Made by a program: the position numbers and the translations under genes
The notes under the pieces: model-generated
The model's database searches: none
Seen by the model: the letters and a program-made list of their open reading frames with translations, nothing else
Told to the model about the DNA's origin: nothing
Origin: Centroscyllium fabricii
Taxonomy: Eukaryota
DNA length: 64,000 nucleotides
Assembly: GCA_051313645.2 (NCBI GenBank)
Contig: JBNRSN020000022.1
Location: forward strand, 13,020,001 to 13,084,000
Reading direction: 5' to 3'
In this document: positions 62,200 to 64,000 of the stretch, in pieces
Layout of the letters: each line of letters begins with the position of its first letter
How positions within the stretch are numbered: the stretch's first letter is position 1

Positions 62200-62283
62200 T
62201 ATGACTCTAAACCCATCGGTGGATTCTATCTCCTGACACACGATCACTAGTTTACTTGCCACAATAAGTAAAAGAATACTCAC

Positions 62284-62410
62284 GGCCCGTGTTCTCAAAC
62301 AATACTTTGTCATTCAGTCCGAGTCTCAGCTCTGGCATTCCCGATAGGAACACTCTCATTTTGATGGAGCCCACTATTTCGCTACGTAATACATTTCCAT
62401 TAGCACTGAC
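62284..62410 (-). CDS. AP1M1: AP1M1 coding exon, 127 bp (VSANGNVLRSEIVGSIKMRVFLSGMPELRLGLNDKVLFENTG/R)
   Basis: Absent from the ORF track and read manually from the reverse complement. ag| acceptor at 62412-62411, |gtgagt donor at 62283. Phases match both neighbouring exons. Confidence 0.96.
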
Positions 62411-63299
62411 CTAGAGTGGGAGAAAAGATGAGGACGACTCTAGAACTAGTTCTCGTGGATTTCCATTTCAAACCAAGTGCGTAAAACGATTTACTAGCAT
62501 AGTCTAGAAGAGGAACATCAAGTCACTAAATATTCAGGAATCTATGACTTGTGATTACATTTTAATAAACATTCCAGAAATAAGGTTTAGTTTTTTTTTA
62601 ATGCGCATCAAGGTGAGGAGAATCAATATGGAGAATGGGAACTATTTAATCCCTTTGTTGGCGCTTTAAGGTCAGTCACTTCTACACAGACCATTGGACT
62701 CTATCTCAACCTCTGCATAAGTCCAACTAGCCCTGGGTAACACATCCATTGCCTGCACATGTAAATTGGTAAGATCATCATAGAGGGGGACAAGTATGAT
62801 CAGTAGTTTTGCTGATGAACAGCTAGTTGGAGATTGTCTGAGCTCATGCAGATAGGATTCTTACAGCTTGTACTTTCATCCAGTTAGCATGGGGTAGAAT
62901 CAAACCCAGGACCCAGAGGCGAGGTCAGTGCACTAATTCACTGCATAAGTCTACCACAAACACTGCTTAAAAATGATTCTTTCCCTTCCTCCCCTCTCCA
63001 GCGTAGCCATATGTCACAAACAGTTCTTTGACCAAGCAGACAGGCGGAAGGGAAAAAGCCATCGGTCAGAAAGCTTTGCCAGCAGGTCATCGCCCTCATC
63101 TGGGGAATGGTGCATGTGCCATAAGGCACATACCAGGTGAAAATGTTCACATACGTGCCGAATTACCAGCATCTGGTGTAGAAGTTAAGGGTAAAACAGA
63201 TTTGCATGTTCTCCTCTCCCTCATCTGTGCATCCCGCGGAGATGAATTGGCAGTCCTGTAGGTTGCTAAGGGCTACTGGTCTACAGAGCAAGAACTCAC

Positions 63300-63447
63300 C
63301 AGAAGGTTGACAGATTCAATAACATCGAGAAATACTTCATTTTTCCGATACTTGATCCCCTCTGATCTCCAAGAGACAGCATTGGTAACTGTTGCTGGTG
63401 GGCGGGGAGCACCAGTGTCTAGCTTATGACCTTCCTGGGTGATGTAC
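63300..63447 (-). CDS. AP1M1: AP1M1 coding exon, 148 bp (YITQEGHKLDTGAPRPPATVTNAVSWRSEGIKYRKNEVFLDVIESVNLL)
   Basis: Translation is near-identical to vertebrate mu1A; the GAPRPPAT and KYRKNEVFL residues favour mu1A over mu1B. tag|G acceptor and CTG|gtgagt donor. Confidence 0.96.
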
Positions 63448-63902
63448 CTAAGATCAGAAGGAACACAGGTTGGAGACTCGTCCAACTGAGGCAGATTCAG
63501 CACATGACACTAAAATGTTGAACTTGTAGAGCAGTCACCTTTCTGCACTCTGAACCCAGTGATTTTATTGAATCGTGGAGCAGGCTCGAAGAGCCGACTC
63601 CTGCTCTTTTTTGTGTTATCATTTCTTATGTAACCTCACCATCGGGAAACCCAAAACTCTCACTGCTGGTCTGTTTTCAGCCCCAACACTTGGTTGGTGC
63701 AGGGCTGGGAAATTGTATATATCTGCCGAGTAGCCTGGCTCAAACCCGGCGGCATCAGCCGACGTAAAGCAAACCAACACAACTCACTGAAGTGTTTTTC
63801 TCTCCCCACCCCCATCTTTATCATTTCTTTCCCTACTTGCTGCTGTGGTTGACCCATTGGCCTGATGCAGCTCCTCGCTGCCTCAATGACCAGCTCAATC
63901 TG

Positions 63903-64000
63903 GGGCGGCACGGTGGCTAGCACTGTTTCCTCACAGCACTGGAGACCCGAGTTCAAATCCAGCCTCGGGTACTATCTGTGTGGAGTTTGCACATTCTCCC
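63903..64000 (+). mobile_element. HE1/V-SINE 5' part, running off the window
   Basis: gggcggcacggtggctagcac..gagttcaaatccagcctcggg..gtgtggagtttgcac. Confidence 0.85.

Noticed and set aside
2928-63447. Assignment to AP1M2 (mu1B)
   Set aside because: Diagnostic residues (GAPRPPAT, VSANGNVLR, GSIKMRV, EKHSHSRIEYMIK) match mu1A.

Overview
Repeat-dense vertebrate genomic DNA, very probably from a shark or other cartilaginous fish, judging by HE1/V-SINE-like, Deu-SINE-like and CR1/HER1-like repeats. The only recognisable host gene is AP1M1 (AP-1 adaptor subunit mu1A) on the minus strand. Seven GT-AG coding exons are present (63447-63300, 62410-62284, 46440-46298, 44767-44696, 42370-42212, 39034-38909, 3003-2928). 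The upstream exons and the terminal exon lie outside the window. The introns, one of 35.9 kb and one of 15.8 kb, are filled with CR1, L2, Rex/Babar, Tx1 and Penelope retroelements, tRNA-derived SINEs, pogo/Tigger-like, Harbinger-like and hAT-like MITEs, solo-LTR-like segments, satellites and a 615-nt N gap. The most interesting signals are: (1) seven minimal hammerhead ribozyme motifs in Penelope termini, two of them sense to the host pre-mRNA and about 330 nt apart; (2) two non-autonomous elements sharing a Rex/Babar LINE 3' tail, one with a 5S rRNA segment and one with a 28-bp minisatellite; (3) Tigger-like MITEs carrying unrelated filler DNA; (4) V-SINEs with swapped tails; (5) a CTCF-like site with the upstream motif. 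Repeat family names come from recalled consensus features, not database searches, and repeat boundaries are approximate unless a TSD or TIR is quoted.
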